From contig JAGAUV010000008.1 in NCBI GenBank assembly GCA_017620635.1, forward strand, positions 13,883 to 77,882: a stretch of 64,000 bases of DNA, in the 5' to 3' direction. Shown here in pieces: positions 37,897-48,669 of the stretch (positions are counted from its first letter, which is position 1; the number at the start of each line of letters is the position of its first letter). The notes under the pieces are model-generated. The model made no database searches and was not told the origin of the DNA. It saw only the letters and a program-made list of their open reading frames with translations. The DNA is from Muribaculaceae bacterium (GTDB lineage Bacteria > Bacteroidota > Bacteroidia > Bacteroidales > Muribaculaceae). Made by a program: the position numbers and the translations under genes.

Positions 37897-38772
37897 ATGT
37901 GGTTGATATTTGCAATATGTTCGGCTCTCGGGCTCGGACTGTATGATATAATGAAGAAGATTTCGGTGCGTGACAACAACGTGCCTGCCGTTCTTTTTCT
38001 CAATACTGTATTCGGCACTCTTCTCATGTCGCCGGTCATTGTCGGTGGCCTGGCTCACGGATATTACGGATTCGACAATTCTGTCAACGCCCATCTGCTG
38101 ATAGGGCTCAAGGCGGTAATAGTGCTGAGCTCGTGGATATTGGGCTACTTCGCCATAAAGCATCTGCCGCTCACGATACAGGGCCCCATCAATGCAACCA
38201 GGCCTGTAATAGTGCTTGTGGGAGCCTTGCTGATCTTCGGCGAACGGCTCAATCTGCTCCAGTGGGCCGGCATACTGCTCGGATTCGCATCGCTGCTGTT
38301 TATAAGCCGTATAGGTGCAAAAGAAGGTTTTTCGCTTAAACACAGCCGATGGTTGTGGATGTCGATTGGCGCGACTGTGCTCGGTGCTGTAAGTGCTCTC
38401 TACGACAAATATCTGCTGGCGTTATACAAGCCCCTGGAGGTGCAGGCCTGGTATTCGCTATATCAGGCTGTTATCATGGGCCTTCTTGTTTTGACCTTAA
38501 TGCGGAGCGGTAAAGGAGGTTCTACTCCCTTCAAATGGCGATGGTCGATACTTGGCATCAGCATTTTCCTCACAGCTGCCGATCTGGCGTATTTCTACTC
38601 CTTGTCACTGCCCGACTCGATGATTTCGGTGGTGTCGATGATCCGCCGAGGCAGTGTGCTGGTTTCATTTGCGTTCGGAGTGACTGTGCTTCACGAACGG
38701 CATGTAAAGGCCAAACTTGTCGATCTAAGCATACTGTTGCTTAGTCTTGCCCTTCTTGTCGCCGGTTCGTAA
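37897..38772 (+). CDS. DMT/EamA family transporter
   Basis: Two repeats of about 5 transmembrane segments; start refined to ATG 37897 after TAATTTTG at 37881. Confidence 0.88.
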   Translation: MWLIFAICSALGLGLYDIMKKISVRDNNVPAVLFLNTVFGTLLMSPVIVGGLAHGYYGFDNSVNAHLLIGLKAVIVLSSWILGYFAIKHLPLTIQGPINATRPVIVLVGALLIFGERLNLLQWAGILLGFASLLFISRIGAKEGFSLKHSRWLWMSIGATVLGAVSALYDKYLLALYKPLEVQAWYSLYQAVIMGLLVLTLMRSGKGGSTPFKWRWSILGISIFLTAADLAYFYSLSLPDSMISVVSMIRRGSVLVSFAFGVTVLHERHVKAKLVDLSILLLSLALLVAGS

Positions 38773-40884
38773 TCAACTGATACGCGACCAGTCTGTTGTC
38801 CGCTTGAGCATATCGGCAAGTGCCATGACAAAGCCGCTATTCGCAGGGTTCGAGAGATCTGGATCGGAGTCGAGAAGACTTTCGGCGGCCCTGCGGGCAA
38901 GCTGTATTATCTGTCCGTCCTGGGCAAGATTGGCGATCTTGAGGTCGAAAGGCAGGCCGCTCTGCGCTGTTCCCTCTATGTCGCCGGGGCCTCGCATCTG
39001 CATGTCTGCCTCAGCTATAACGAAGCCGTCGGTTGTCGAGGTCATTATCTCAAGTCGTTTGCGAGTGTCTGCGCCTATCTTCTGTTTGCTCATAAGCACA
39101 CAATAACTGCGGTCGGCGCCTCGCCCTACCCTGCCTCTGAGCTGATGAAGCTGCGAGAGACCGAATCGCTCGGCATTTTCGATAATCATTGTGGTGGCGT
39201 TGGGCACGTTCACCCCTACTTCGATAACAGTGGTGGCCACAAGCACCGAGGCCTCGCCTGATACGAAACGATCCATCTGCTCGTCCTTGACTGCCGGTTT
39301 CAGCTGTCCGTGTACGAGGGCAACCTTGTATGGCGCGAAATACTTTTCGGCCTTTGCAAAACCCTCTTCCACACTGCGCAGATCGAGCTTCTCATTCTCT
39401 TTGACAAGAGGATAGACTATATAGACCTGATGGCCGGCATCTAGCTGACGGCGGACGGCCTCCATTACCTTGGCGCGCTGCTCGTCGTATCTGAGGACTG
39501 TCGCGACGGGTTTGCGGCCGGGCGGCAGTTCGTCGATGACAGAAATATCCAGATCGCCGTAGACAGTCATGGCCAGCGTGCGCGGTATGGGTGTGGCCGT
39601 CATGACAAGCACATGCGGCGGAACTGCACTCTTTGTCCACAGCCGTGCCCTCTGCGCCACACCGAAACGATGCTGCTCGTCGATAACCACAAGGCCGAGA
39701 CGATTGAACTCTACCTTGTCCTCGAGCACTGCGTGTGTGCCGACAAGTATATGCAGACTGCCGTCGCGTAGCTGTTCGTCTATCAGCCGGCGTTCTTTTG
39801 TCTTTGTCGAACCGGTCAGCAGTTTTACGTTAAGTCCTATTTTGGCGACGATCGAGCGTATGGTTTCGTAATGCTGTCCGGCGAGAATTTCGGTAGGAGC
39901 CATGAGGCATGCCTGATAGCCGTTGTCGAGAGCCAGAAGCATGGCCATGAGTGCGACAAGTGTCTTGCCTGACCCTACATCGCCCTGTACGAGACGGTTC
40001 ATCTGACGGCCGCCGGCTATGTCGGCTCGTATTTCTTTGATCACACGTTTCTGTGCTCCCGTCAACTCGAACGGCAGGCACTGGCTGTAGAAATCGTTGA
40101 ACCACTTGCCGATATGTGGCATGATATAGCCTTGTGTCCCTGCTTTACGGCTACGCGAGCGGCGCAGCATATCCACCTGTATATAAAACAGCTCTTCGAA
40201 TTTAAGTCTTAAACGAGCTTTTGCGAGCGTGTCGTTGTCGGTCGGATTATGTATGGCTCGCAGGGCTGAGTCGATGTCGAGCAGCCTGTTTTCAGCTATA
40301 GTCGAAGGTGGTAGGGTCTCGCGTAAGGGTGCTTTAAGATTTGCGAATACGCTCATGACGGCCGCATGGATTACCCGGCCTGTAATGTTGCGCTGTCGTA
40401 GTTTCTCGGTAAGTGGATAGACCGGGCGGACTGTCTCTCCGGCTATGAGGCTGTCCGGAGAGTCTACCTCCGGGTGTGCCATCTGCAAAGTGTTGTTGAA
40501 GCGGCCGGGCTTGCCGAAAAGTATATACTCCTCGCCGGCTCTCAGACGCTTGCGCATCTCGCGCCAGCCCTTGAACCACACCACTTCCATTGTGGCTGTT
40601 CCGTCGCTGAACAGACCGACAAGGCGCATTTTGGCTCCTTCGCCAAGCACGTTGAAACTGACAAAACGTCCACGTACAAGCACCATCGCCACATCTACGG
40701 CCGCCGCGTCGAAAAGGCTGCGCAGGCTACGGGTCGTAGACCGGTCGATATAAGAAGTCGGGAAATGATGCAACAGGTCGTATACAGAATGAATACCCAA
40801 CTCCGAGGCGAGGAGCTGGGCACGCTGCGGACCTATGCCCTTGACATATTTTATATCATAGCGACGTGTTGCAAGCATATTCAA
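38773..40884 (-). CDS. recG: ATP-dependent DNA helicase RecG
   Basis: QGDVGSGKT, DEQHRFGV, TATPIPRT, QLHQLRGRVGRG. Confidence 0.98.
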   Translation of the reverse strand: MNMLATRRYDIKYVKGIGPQRAQLLASELGIHSVYDLLHHFPTSYIDRSTTRSLRSLFDAAAVDVAMVLVRGRFVSFNVLGEGAKMRLVGLFSDGTATMEVVWFKGWREMRKRLRAGEEYILFGKPGRFNNTLQMAHPEVDSPDSLIAGETVRPVYPLTEKLRQRNITGRVIHAAVMSVFANLKAPLRETLPPSTIAENRLLDIDSALRAIHNPTDNDTLAKARLRLKFEELFYIQVDMLRRSRSRKAGTQGYIMPHIGKWFNDFYSQCLPFELTGAQKRVIKEIRADIAGGRQMNRLVQGDVGSGKTLVALMAMLLALDNGYQACLMAPTEILAGQHYETIRSIVAKIGLNVKLLTGSTKTKERRLIDEQLRDGSLHILVGTHAVLEDKVEFNRLGLVVIDEQHRFGVAQRARLWTKSAVPPHVLVMTATPIPRTLAMTVYGDLDISVIDELPPGRKPVATVLRYDEQRAKVMEAVRRQLDAGHQVYIVYPLVKENEKLDLRSVEEGFAKAEKYFAPYKVALVHGQLKPAVKDEQMDRFVSGEASVLVATTVIEVGVNVPNATTMIIENAERFGLSQLHQLRGRVGRGADRSYCVLMSKQKIGADTRKRLEIMTSTTDGFVIAEADMQMRGPGDIEGTAQSGLPFDLKIANLAQDGQIIQLARRAAESLLDSDPDLSNPANSGFVMALADMLKRTTDWSRIS

Positions 40885-41629
40885 GAGGCTGGTCCATGAG
40901 TATCTCGGCTATGCGGATATCGGCCGGCCTTGTTATCTTGATATTGTTACGGTCTCCTTCTATGTTATAGATATTATTGCTGTCCTCAGGAGCGAAAGCA
41001 TGGAAAACGGCGGCGTCATCATCGTAGATGGCATTGCCGGCAGAACGATGACATTCGTCATATGCCTTGATCAGCATAAGAGCATCGAAGGTCTGAGGTG
41101 TCTGCACCAGCCTGTAATTTGATCTGCTGACAGGGACAAGCGTATCGCCCATGCCTTCCGACAAGGCTTCCGACGGCAGATAACACGGCACGGCGGCATG
41201 CACCTCTTCTTTTTCTGTAAGCAGACGGTACAAAGCCCGAATCATTGTCCTGTTGATTATCGGCCGGGCGCCGTCGTGAATCATCACTATACTGTCGCTG
41301 TCGGCGCCGAGACCCTTCACTGCCGAAAGCGCGTTGCGGACAGATGCCGTTCGCGAATCACCGCCTTCTGTGATATATGGCTTGATGCCGGTGTAGCTCT
41401 GCGAGATCTCCTGCCAGTATTCCGAGCCGCCGTCAGGACTCAGGACCAGAATAATCCTTGCGTTCGGAAATTCGGCAGAGAAAGCCTCGAGGGCATGAAG
41501 CACTACCGGCTTGCCCTTCAGCGGAAGGAATTGCTTGGGTGTGTTACTTCCGAAACGAGTACCACGACCGGCGGCAACGATTATTACATAAAGGTTGTCG
41601 CCGGCCGGGGTCTGATGAGATATTACCAT
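40856..41629 (-). CDS. ispD: 2-C-methyl-D-erythritol 4-phosphate cytidylyltransferase
   Basis: AAGRGTRF...PKQF, GG.SR..SV, HDGARP, QTPQ.F, N.KIT...D. Confidence 0.93.
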   Translation of the reverse strand: MVISHQTPAGDNLYVIIVAAGRGTRFGSNTPKQFLPLKGKPVVLHALEAFSAEFPNARIILVLSPDGGSEYWQEISQSYTGIKPYITEGGDSRTASVRNALSAVKGLGADSDSIVMIHDGARPIINRTMIRALYRLLTEKEEVHAAVPCYLPSEALSEGMGDTLVPVSRSNYRLVQTPQTFDALMLIKAYDECHRSAGNAIYDDDAAVFHAFAPEDSNNIYNIEGDRNNIKITRPADIRIAEILMDQPLEYACNTSL

Positions 41630-42903
41630 GCGAAAATGGGTCGGTCCGACATCATCTTCACTACAGCCTCGCCTACTGAAGCGATTTTTGCATTGTCCTC
41701 AGGTGCACCGAGTACGGTGTCGACCATAGTAGCGATTTCGCCCATGAGGTCGGGGGTAAGACCACGTGTGGTGATGGCAGGAGTGCCAAGACGGATGCCC
41801 GAGGTCTGGAACGGCGAGCGGCTGTCGAACGGCACCATGTTCTTGTTGGCTGTGATGTGAGCTTCTACGAGAATACGCTCGGCAACCTTGCCGGTAAGCT
41901 CCGGATACTTGGTGCGAAGGTCGATCAGGATGCAGTGGTTGTCGGTGCCGCCCGATACGATCTTGTAGCCGAGGTCACTGAGTGCGCCGGCAAGAGCTGC
42001 GGCGTTTTCTTTTACCTGCTGCTGGTATGCACGGAACTCGGGCTGCAGAGCCTCGTGGAAGGCCACTGCCTTACCGGCGATGACGTGCTCGAGCGGACCG
42101 CCCTGTACACCGGGGAACACTGCTGAATCGAGCAGTGCCGACATCATCTTGTCCTCTCCCTTCGGTGTCTTCTTGCCCCAGGGATTGACAAAGTCTTTGC
42201 CCATGAGTATGATACCGCCGCGAGGACCGCGAAGTGTCTTGTGGGTTGTCGAGGTTACGATATGTGCGTATTTGAGAGGATTGTCGAGCAGGCCGGCTGC
42301 GATGAGGCCTGCCGGGTGAGCCATATCCACCATGTAGATAGCGCCGATTTCGTCGGCTACGCGACGCATACGGGCATAATCCCATTCACGTGAATAGGCG
42401 CTGGCGCCGCCGATGATCAGTTTGGGGCGCTCGCGACGGCATGTCTCTTCGAATGCGTCATAATCTACAAGGCCGGTCTCTGCGTCTACATTATATTCGA
42501 GCGCGTGAAACACAAGACCCGAGAAATTGACTGGGCTGCCGTGGCTGAGGTGACCGCCGTGGCTGAGGTTGAGGCCGATAAATTTATCGCCGGGCTGCAG
42601 GCAGGCCATGAACACAGCCATGTTGGCCTGTGCACCACTGTGAGGCTGTACGTTGGCGTATTCTGCCCCAAAGAGCTGTTTCACTCGTTCGCGTGCAAGG
42701 TCTTCTACCTGATCGACTACCTGGCAGCCGCCATAGTAGCGCTTGCCGGGATAACCTTCGGCGTATTTGTTTGTGAGACATGAGCCCATTGCGCGGAGAA
42801 CTTCATCGCTGACATAGTTCTCGGAAGCGATAAGTTCGATACCGTCTACCTGACGACGATGTTCTGCTGCAATAAGGTCGAAAATGGCTGTATCTTTTTG
42901 CAT
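41623..42903 (-). CDS. glyA: Serine hydroxymethyltransferase
   Basis: [32 protein letters not shown]. Confidence 0.98.
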   Translation of the reverse strand: MQKDTAIFDLIAAEHRRQVDGIELIASENYVSDEVLRAMGSCLTNKYAEGYPGKRYYGGCQVVDQVEDLARERVKQLFGAEYANVQPHSGAQANMAVFMACLQPGDKFIGLNLSHGGHLSHGSPVNFSGLVFHALEYNVDAETGLVDYDAFEETCRRERPKLIIGGASAYSREWDYARMRRVADEIGAIYMVDMAHPAGLIAAGLLDNPLKYAHIVTSTTHKTLRGPRGGIILMGKDFVNPWGKKTPKGEDKMMSALLDSAVFPGVQGGPLEHVIAGKAVAFHEALQPEFRAYQQQVKENAAALAGALSDLGYKIVSGGTDNHCILIDLRTKYPELTGKVAERILVEAHITANKNMVPFDSRSPFQTSGIRLGTPAITTRGLTPDLMGEIATMVDTVLGAPEDNAKIASVGEAVVKMMSDRPIFAW

Positions 42904-42923
42904 AACTTGATATGATTGTGTTA

Positions 42924-43487
42924 TTATTTCTTCTTTTTTACTGAGAATCCGAATGTACCTAATTTCTCGCCAAGGGCATAATAGGCGCCATGGCTGTAGG
43001 CCATAAGCCCGGCTATATCGAGGTCGAAGCGGCCTGTTTCTTTATCGAGATAACGTTCATCGGCGAGTACATTTACAACCTCGGCGATAAACATATCGTG
43101 GCTGCCAAGCGGCAGTATGGTCTTTACACGGCACTCTACCGATATCGGCGATTCCTCCACCGCCGGACATTCGACGGCAACACCTTTGTAACGGTGCAGG
43201 CCCGACAGCTCCCATTTGTCGCAGTCGGCGCCGCTCTTCACTCCGCACAGATCCGTTGCCCGGGCCATGGCGGTGGTGGTAAGATTGAGCGTAAACTGCA
43301 TGTTGGCCTTTATCAGACCGTAGGAATAGCGCTCGGGGCGCACGGATATCGAAAGCATGGCCGGATTGGTGCAGACTGTTCCCGTCCATGCGACGGTAAA
43401 CAGATTGTTATGTTGGCCGTTACCGCAACTTACCAGCACCGCGGGTGCCGGATATACAAGTGTTCCTGGTTTCCAACAATTTTTCAT
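42924..43487 (-). CDS. Flavin reductase family protein
   Basis: [32 protein letters not shown]. Confidence 0.88.
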   Translation of the reverse strand: MKNCWKPGTLVYPAPAVLVSCGNGQHNNLFTVAWTGTVCTNPAMLSISVRPERYSYGLIKANMQFTLNLTTTAMARATDLCGVKSGADCDKWELSGLHRYKGVAVECPAVEESPISVECRVKTILPLGSHDMFIAEVVNVLADERYLDKETGRFDLDIAGLMAYSHGAYYALGEKLGTFGFSVKKKK

Positions 43488-43527
43488 CAGAGGCCTTGCT
43501 TGTGTGCTCCTGTATTTTTAGTTGTTT

Positions 43528-43992
43528 TTAAATTATTTCCGCATCGGCACCGGCTACGGTATGATTGCAGTAGTGACAGCGGAGTGTGGGCTTGTCATGC
43601 TCCGACACGTCGAATCGTGTAGCCATCGGCTCGTTGTTGGTAATGCACTTGGGATTGGGGCATTTGACGATACCGATAAGTGTGTCGGGCAGCTCTACCG
43701 GATGCTTGCTCACCACCTCATAGTCGCGTATTATGTTGACGGTAGCCGTAGGAGCTATTACTGCGATACGGTTGAGGGTCTGGTGGTCAAATTCAACGCC
43801 GTCGACCTTGATAATGCCCTTGCGAGCGCCTCGTGCACTGGGCAGGTTGTAGCCGATAGTCACGGCATTGCTCATATTCTCTATTCCAAGTATATGGGCT
43901 ACGCGGAAAAGGGCTTCGGAAGGTATGTGGTCAATCACAGTGCCGCCACGCAATGCTGCAACGGCAAGACTTGTTTTCTTTTCGTTCATCAC
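43528..43992 (-). CDS. pyrI: Aspartate carbamoyltransferase regulatory subunit
   Basis: [20 protein letters not shown]. Confidence 0.96.
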   Translation of the reverse strand: MMNEKKTSLAVAALRGGTVIDHIPSEALFRVAHILGIENMSNAVTIGYNLPSARGARKGIIKVDGVEFDHQTLNRIAVIAPTATVNIIRDYEVVSKHPVELPDTLIGIVKCPNPKCITNNEPMATRFDVSEHDKPTLRCHYCNHTVAGADAEII

Positions 43993-44909
43993 TTAAGTGG
44001 GTCTATGCCTAAGGCTTTTGTTATTATTGCCTGACGGGCAAAAAGTCCGTTTCCGGCTTGTTGGAAATAATATGCTCTGGGGTCGTCGTCCACATCCTGA
44101 GCTATTTCATTGACTCGTGGAAGCGGATGCAGTATCTTCATTGTGGGCTTTGCCGAGGCAAGCATCGAACGGCGGAGGGTATACAGATTCTTAACCCGTT
44201 CGTACTCCATGATGTCGGAGAAGCGTTCGCGCTGCACTCTGGTCATGTACAGTATGTCGCTTTCGTTGATTACCGAGGTGGTAAAGTCGGTGTACTCATG
44301 GTACTCTATCCCGAGTCTGTCGCACAGCATCCTGTACTCGCGCGGCATACGCAGCTCAGGGCTCGATACGAAGTTGAACTTCGGGGAGAAGAAGCGCAGA
44401 GCCATAAGGAGAGAGTGCACTGTGCGGCCATATTTCAAGTCTCCCACCATAGTGATGGTAAGGCCGTCGAGCTTGCCCTGGGTCTTCTGCAGCGAGTACA
44501 GATCGAGCGAGGTCTGCGACGGGTGCTGGTTGGCGCCGTCTCCGGCATTGACGATAGGAATATCAGTTACTTCCGTAGCATACTGGGCTGCTCCTTCAAG
44601 ATGGTGACGCATGACGATAAGGTCGGCGTAATTACTTACCATCTTTATGGTATCCTTGAGCGTCTCGCCCTTCGATGTACTCGATGTCGAAGCATCGGAG
44701 AAGCCGATCACGCGGCCGCCAAGGCGGTTGACTGCGGTCTCGAAACTTAGACGCGTACGGGTGGATGGTTCAAAAAAGAGGGTGGCTACTACTTTGCCAT
44801 CGAGTAGATGGCTGTTAGGATGCTGCTCGAAGTACCGCGCCCGCTCGAGCATAGCGAGAATATCATTGCGGCTGAGATCGTCGATAGCGACAAGACTATG
44901 TGAGTTCAT
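43989..44909 (-). CDS. pyrB: Aspartate carbamoyltransferase catalytic subunit
   Basis: [23 protein letters not shown]. Confidence 0.98.
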   Translation of the reverse strand: MNSHSLVAIDDLSRNDILAMLERARYFEQHPNSHLLDGKVVATLFFEPSTRTRLSFETAVNRLGGRVIGFSDASTSSTSKGETLKDTIKMVSNYADLIVMRHHLEGAAQYATEVTDIPIVNAGDGANQHPSQTSLDLYSLQKTQGKLDGLTITMVGDLKYGRTVHSLLMALRFFSPKFNFVSSPELRMPREYRMLCDRLGIEYHEYTDFTTSVINESDILYMTRVQRERFSDIMEYERVKNLYTLRRSMLASAKPTMKILHPLPRVNEIAQDVDDDPRAYYFQQAGNGLFARQAIITKALGIDPLK

Positions 44910-45054
44910 CCAGATACAACACTTAGGTTTGACTTCACAAAATTACACATAATCCCTGAAACGACAAAATAAATAACACAGGGTAAAATACTTTATCCAA
45001 AAAGAAAATCGGCCTGTCGCCTGTGGACCGTATGTGCCCTGTCTGACGTGCGTT

Positions 45055-45519
45055 TCAGTTCTGATCCAGCTTGAACACAATGCGCTGTACGCCATCCTGA
45101 TAGCGGCTGCTTGATATGCGGAACCGTCCTATCTCGGAAGTCCGGCCGACATGCTTGCCGGCACAGAGACACTGATCGTATTCTCCTACATGTACCACAC
45201 GCACGGTATCGCTCGCGTTATCAGGCAGTCTGCTGAGATCGAAGCGTGCCATAGCTTCCTCCTGTGTGGTAAACTCTTCGCTTACTTCCACATCTGCCTG
45301 AATCACGCCGTTGACATAATCCTCGATAGAGGCAAGCTCTTCAGCCGACAAGGGGCTGTCGAGATGATAGTCGAGTTTGGTCTTTTTCTTTTCCACATGG
45401 GCGCTGAAGGCACGGCCGCATCCGTATCGCCGCGCCATCTCGCCGTTGACGATATGTTCCGCCGTATGCATGGGCGGATATTCCTCTTTATTATGTGCGT
45501 TAAGTTCGGGTGTCTCCAT
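45055..45519 (-). CDS. Stand-alone AlaX-like (tRNA_SAD) editing-domain protein
   Basis: HTAEH (HxxxH) and CAGKHV (CxGxH), followed by TSEIG.F. Confidence 0.8.
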   Translation of the reverse strand: METPELNAHNKEEYPPMHTAEHIVNGEMARRYGCGRAFSAHVEKKKTKLDYHLDSPLSAEELASIEDYVNGVIQADVEVSEEFTTQEEAMARFDLSRLPDNASDTVRVVHVGEYDQCLCAGKHVGRTSEIGRFRISSSRYQDGVQRIVFKLDQN

Positions 45520-45525
45520 CTGTCA

Positions 45526-46587
45526 TCACATCTTGCCGCTCAGCATCAGGGCATCGAGTATCACAATTGCCGCCATAGCCTCCACGACAGGCACCGCTCT
45601 CGGCACAACGCATATATCATGACGGCCTGTAACTGTCAGTTCTATATTCTCTCCTTTCCTGTTGACCGTCGGTAGTGGACGCGCCATTGTCGCGATTGGC
45701 TTAAAGGCGACATTGAAGTTGATGTCGGCACCATTGCTTATACCGCCCTGGATACCGCCGGAATGGTTGGAAGTCGTCTTTATTTTCCCGTCTTCCGCGA
45801 CAAAAGGATCGATACTGCGGCTGCCGCGCATCGTCGATGCTGCAAAACCGTCGCCATACTCAAAACCTTTAGCCGCATTTATACTCATCATAGCCGAGGC
45901 AAGCATCGACTGCAGTTTGCCGAAAACAGGCTCGCCCAGTCCGGTTGGAACACCGGTAATAACGCAGCTCACGATACCTCCCAGAGAGTCGCGCTCGGCT
46001 CGGGCGTCGGCTATGGCTTTCTCCATACGGGCCGAGTTGCCGAGGTCGGGACAACGGACGATCGAAGCCTCCACCTCGTCTCGCGATGCCGGCACGATAT
46101 CCGTGCTTATTTTACCTATCCGCGAGGTCCATGCCATGATTTCGATACCTTTTGCCGCCAGGACCTGTCGTGCCAACGCACCGGCGACAACACGGGCTGC
46201 TGTCTCTCGTGCCGACGAACGGCCGCCTCCACGCCAGTCGCGAATACCGTATTTGGCGTCATATGTATAATCCGCATGATTGGGCCGATATGAATCTGCC
46301 ATATTGCTGTAGTCTTCGCTACGTGCATTGGTGTTACGGATGATAAAAGCGACAGGCGTACCGAGCGTCTTGCCTTCAAATATACCCGACAGCCATTCCA
46401 CTTCGTCGGCTTCCTTACGCTGGGTTGTGACGAAGGACTGGCCGGGTCGCCGGCGTTGCAGCTCTACATTTATGGCATCGAAATCAATATCGATACCCGG
46501 CGGCATGCCGTCGATAACGCCGCCGATAGCCGGACCGTGGCTTTCGCCGAAGTCGGTAAATCTGAATAGTGTTCCGATCGTGTTCAT
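45526..46587 (-). CDS. aroC: Chorismate synthase
   Basis: [26 protein letters not shown]. Confidence 0.98.
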   Translation of the reverse strand: MNTIGTLFRFTDFGESHGPAIGGVIDGMPPGIDIDFDAINVELQRRRPGQSFVTTQRKEADEVEWLSGIFEGKTLGTPVAFIIRNTNARSEDYSNMADSYRPNHADYTYDAKYGIRDWRGGGRSSARETAARVVAGALARQVLAAKGIEIMAWTSRIGKISTDIVPASRDEVEASIVRCPDLGNSARMEKAIADARAERDSLGGIVSCVITGVPTGLGEPVFGKLQSMLASAMMSINAAKGFEYGDGFAASTMRGSRSIDPFVAEDGKIKTTSNHSGGIQGGISNGADINFNVAFKPIATMARPLPTVNRKGENIELTVTGRHDICVVPRAVPVVEAMAAIVILDALMLSGKM

Positions 46588-47066
46588 TCTTTTATAAGAT
46601 CTGATATGTTGCCTCTGACAAATTCTATCAGTTCGGCCGGCGATAATTCAACCTGAAGGCCGCGGATACCGGCGCTTACAAATATTGTATCAAAATCCAA
46701 TGCGGTAGAATGGAAAAAGGTGGGCAGCAACTTTTTCATTCCTATTGGAGAGCATCCGCCTCTTATATATCCGGTAAGAGGCAGAAGCTCTTTCATGGCT
46801 ATGAGGTCGGCCTTTTTGTCGCCTGCCGCATGGGCAGCTTTCTTGAGGTCGACCTCCTTGTCGCCCGGGACTACACAGACAAACAAACCCGTACGCTCGC
46901 CACGCAGGACGAGCGTCTTGAATACCCGGCTGATATCCTCTCCGAGCTCTTCCGCCACATGGGTCGCGGCAAGATCATTCTCGTCGAAGTGATATTCGTG
47001 TACCGAATATGCTATCTTGGCCTTGTCGAGAAGGCGCAATGCGTTGGTTTTGGTCTGCTTGGACAT
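46584..47066 (-). CDS. ybaK: Cys-tRNA(Pro) deacylase YbaK/EbsC
   Basis: [23 protein letters not shown]. Confidence 0.93.
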   Translation of the reverse strand: MSKQTKTNALRLLDKAKIAYSVHEYHFDENDLAATHVAEELGEDISRVFKTLVLRGERTGLFVCVVPGDKEVDLKKAAHAAGDKKADLIAMKELLPLTGYIRGGCSPIGMKKLLPTFFHSTALDFDTIFVSAGIRGLQVELSPAELIEFVRGNISDLIKE

Positions 47067-47069
47067 TGT

Positions 47070-48020
47070 TCAGGCGTCGGTGTGAAGCATTACGAAATGT
47101 TCGGCGTCAAGAGCGGCGCGGCAGCCCATTCCGGCAGCAGAGATAGCCTGCTGATATACAGGATCCGCAACATCGCCGGCTGCAAATATACCTTCCACGT
47201 TTGTAGCGGTAGAGTTGCCCTGCACCTTTATATAACCGGCCTCGTCGAGTTCGATCTTTCCTGCAAAAACTTCCGTTGCCGGAGCGTGGCCTATCGCGAG
47301 GAAGAATCCGTCGATTGCTATATCCTGTATGTCATCGATGCCTGAAGGTGTCTTGGTGGCTACCTTGGCCCCCTCGAGCACATCCTTGCCATAGAGAGAC
47401 TTCGTGTTGGTATTGAAGAGGACAGATATCTTCTCGTTCTCCATCACTCTCTTCTGCATTACTTTCGATGCGCGCAGATAATCCTTGCGCACGATCATAT
47501 ACACTTTGGAGCACAGATTTGCAAGATACAAGGCCTCTTCACAGGCTGTGTCTCCGCCGCCTACCACTGCTACAGGGCGGTTGCGGAAGAAGAAACCATC
47601 GCAGGTCGCGCAGGCCGACACACCCATGCCGAGGTATTTCTCCTCTTCGGGCAAGCCCAGATAACGGGCCTTCGCGCCTGTACAGATAATTACCGTATCA
47701 GCCACGATTGTAGTGTCGCTGCCGTTGACAGTAACGGCAAACGGGCGTTTGCTCACGTCGATGTCGGTAACCTCTCCGCTTATGATATTAAGGCCGTAGC
47801 GTGTGGCCTGGGCTCTGAGGTCTTCCATCAGGCGTGGACCGGCAACACCTTCGATATAGCCCGGGAAATTTTCAATCTCGGTAGTCGTGATTAGCTGGCC
47901 GCCGGGCTGGCTGCCTTCTACCATAATGGGTTCGAGGCCGGCGCGTGATGTGTAGATGCCGGCTGTATATCCGGCAGGGCCGGAGCCTATAATGAGACAC
48001 TTGGTCTTAAATTCGCTCAT
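47070..48020 (-). CDS. trxB: Thioredoxin-disulfide reductase
   Basis: GSGPAG, CATCDG, GGGDTA.EEA, GIFAAGD. Confidence 0.97.
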   Translation of the reverse strand: MSEFKTKCLIIGSGPAGYTAGIYTSRAGLEPIMVEGSQPGGQLITTTEIENFPGYIEGVAGPRLMEDLRAQATRYGLNIISGEVTDIDVSKRPFAVTVNGSDTTIVADTVIICTGAKARYLGLPEEEKYLGMGVSACATCDGFFFRNRPVAVVGGGDTACEEALYLANLCSKVYMIVRKDYLRASKVMQKRVMENEKISVLFNTNTKSLYGKDVLEGAKVATKTPSGIDDIQDIAIDGFFLAIGHAPATEVFAGKIELDEAGYIKVQGNSTATNVEGIFAAGDVADPVYQQAISAAGMGCRAALDAEHFVMLHTDA

Positions 48021-48033
48021 ATCTTATGTCAGT

Positions 48034-48642
48034 TTATCGTAAATCAATAATTTCAGTCGCCGCTTGTTTCTTTGCATCATAGCGGAATATGCTCTCAGAC
48101 GGTTTGGCAACACCGGCTATTTTGTCTATCACGAGGCTGATCTTCCGTTTGTCGTCAAATGTTATGTTTATAGCCTCGGGCCATTTGCCTGACTTGTCGG
48201 CGATCACTTCGATCTGCTCAATGCCGGAATTGCGGTCGACAGGCGTCAGCCTCACGCATTTACGGCCGTTATTGTCATCGAGCCTGCGCGAACGGTAATG
48301 GGTGGAATAAGAACTCAGGATAGCAAAAGGATTCGATGCCATAAGTTCTTCGGCCGTTGGTTCGGTTATGCTTACCTCGCCGCTCGAATCGAGATAGGTC
48401 CACTGGGTCTTTCCGTCGTACCACACCTTGAGCTGAGGCGTAGTCATCGTAAACGAAGCGCCCGACATGACGATTGAGCCCTGCACTGCGCCCTGGCCGC
48501 CGTTGATTGTAAAGAAAGCTTCGACAGCCGGTTTGGAGAGCACCTGCTTGCGCATTGTCTCAAGAATGCCCGATGCCGAGTCGGCCGCCGCGGCACCCAG
48601 TATAGAGAATATCAGGAAGGATATGGCAAATAGACGTTTCAT
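48034..48642 (-). CDS. lolA: LolA-like lipoprotein carrier
   Basis: Signal peptide, WYDGKTQWTY...EV.I, NP; ftsK-lolA-trxB synteny. Confidence 0.8.
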   Translation of the reverse strand: MKRLFAISFLIFSILGAAAADSASGILETMRKQVLSKPAVEAFFTINGGQGAVQGSIVMSGASFTMTTPQLKVWYDGKTQWTYLDSSGEVSITEPTAEELMASNPFAILSSYSTHYRSRRLDDNNGRKCVRLTPVDRNSGIEQIEVIADKSGKWPEAINITFDDKRKISLVIDKIAGVAKPSESIFRYDAKKQAATEIIDLR

Positions 48643-48669
48643 ATCTGATATAACGTTAAAAAACACGAT

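Noticed and set aside
44993-45001. DnaA-box-like TTATCCAAA
   Set aside because: A single box with one mismatch, no cluster and no unwinding element.
44910-45054. Possible PyrR/UTP attenuator upstream of pyrB
   Set aside because: Short leader after TAATTTTG (44938-44945), with no terminator hairpin or PyrR loop motif.
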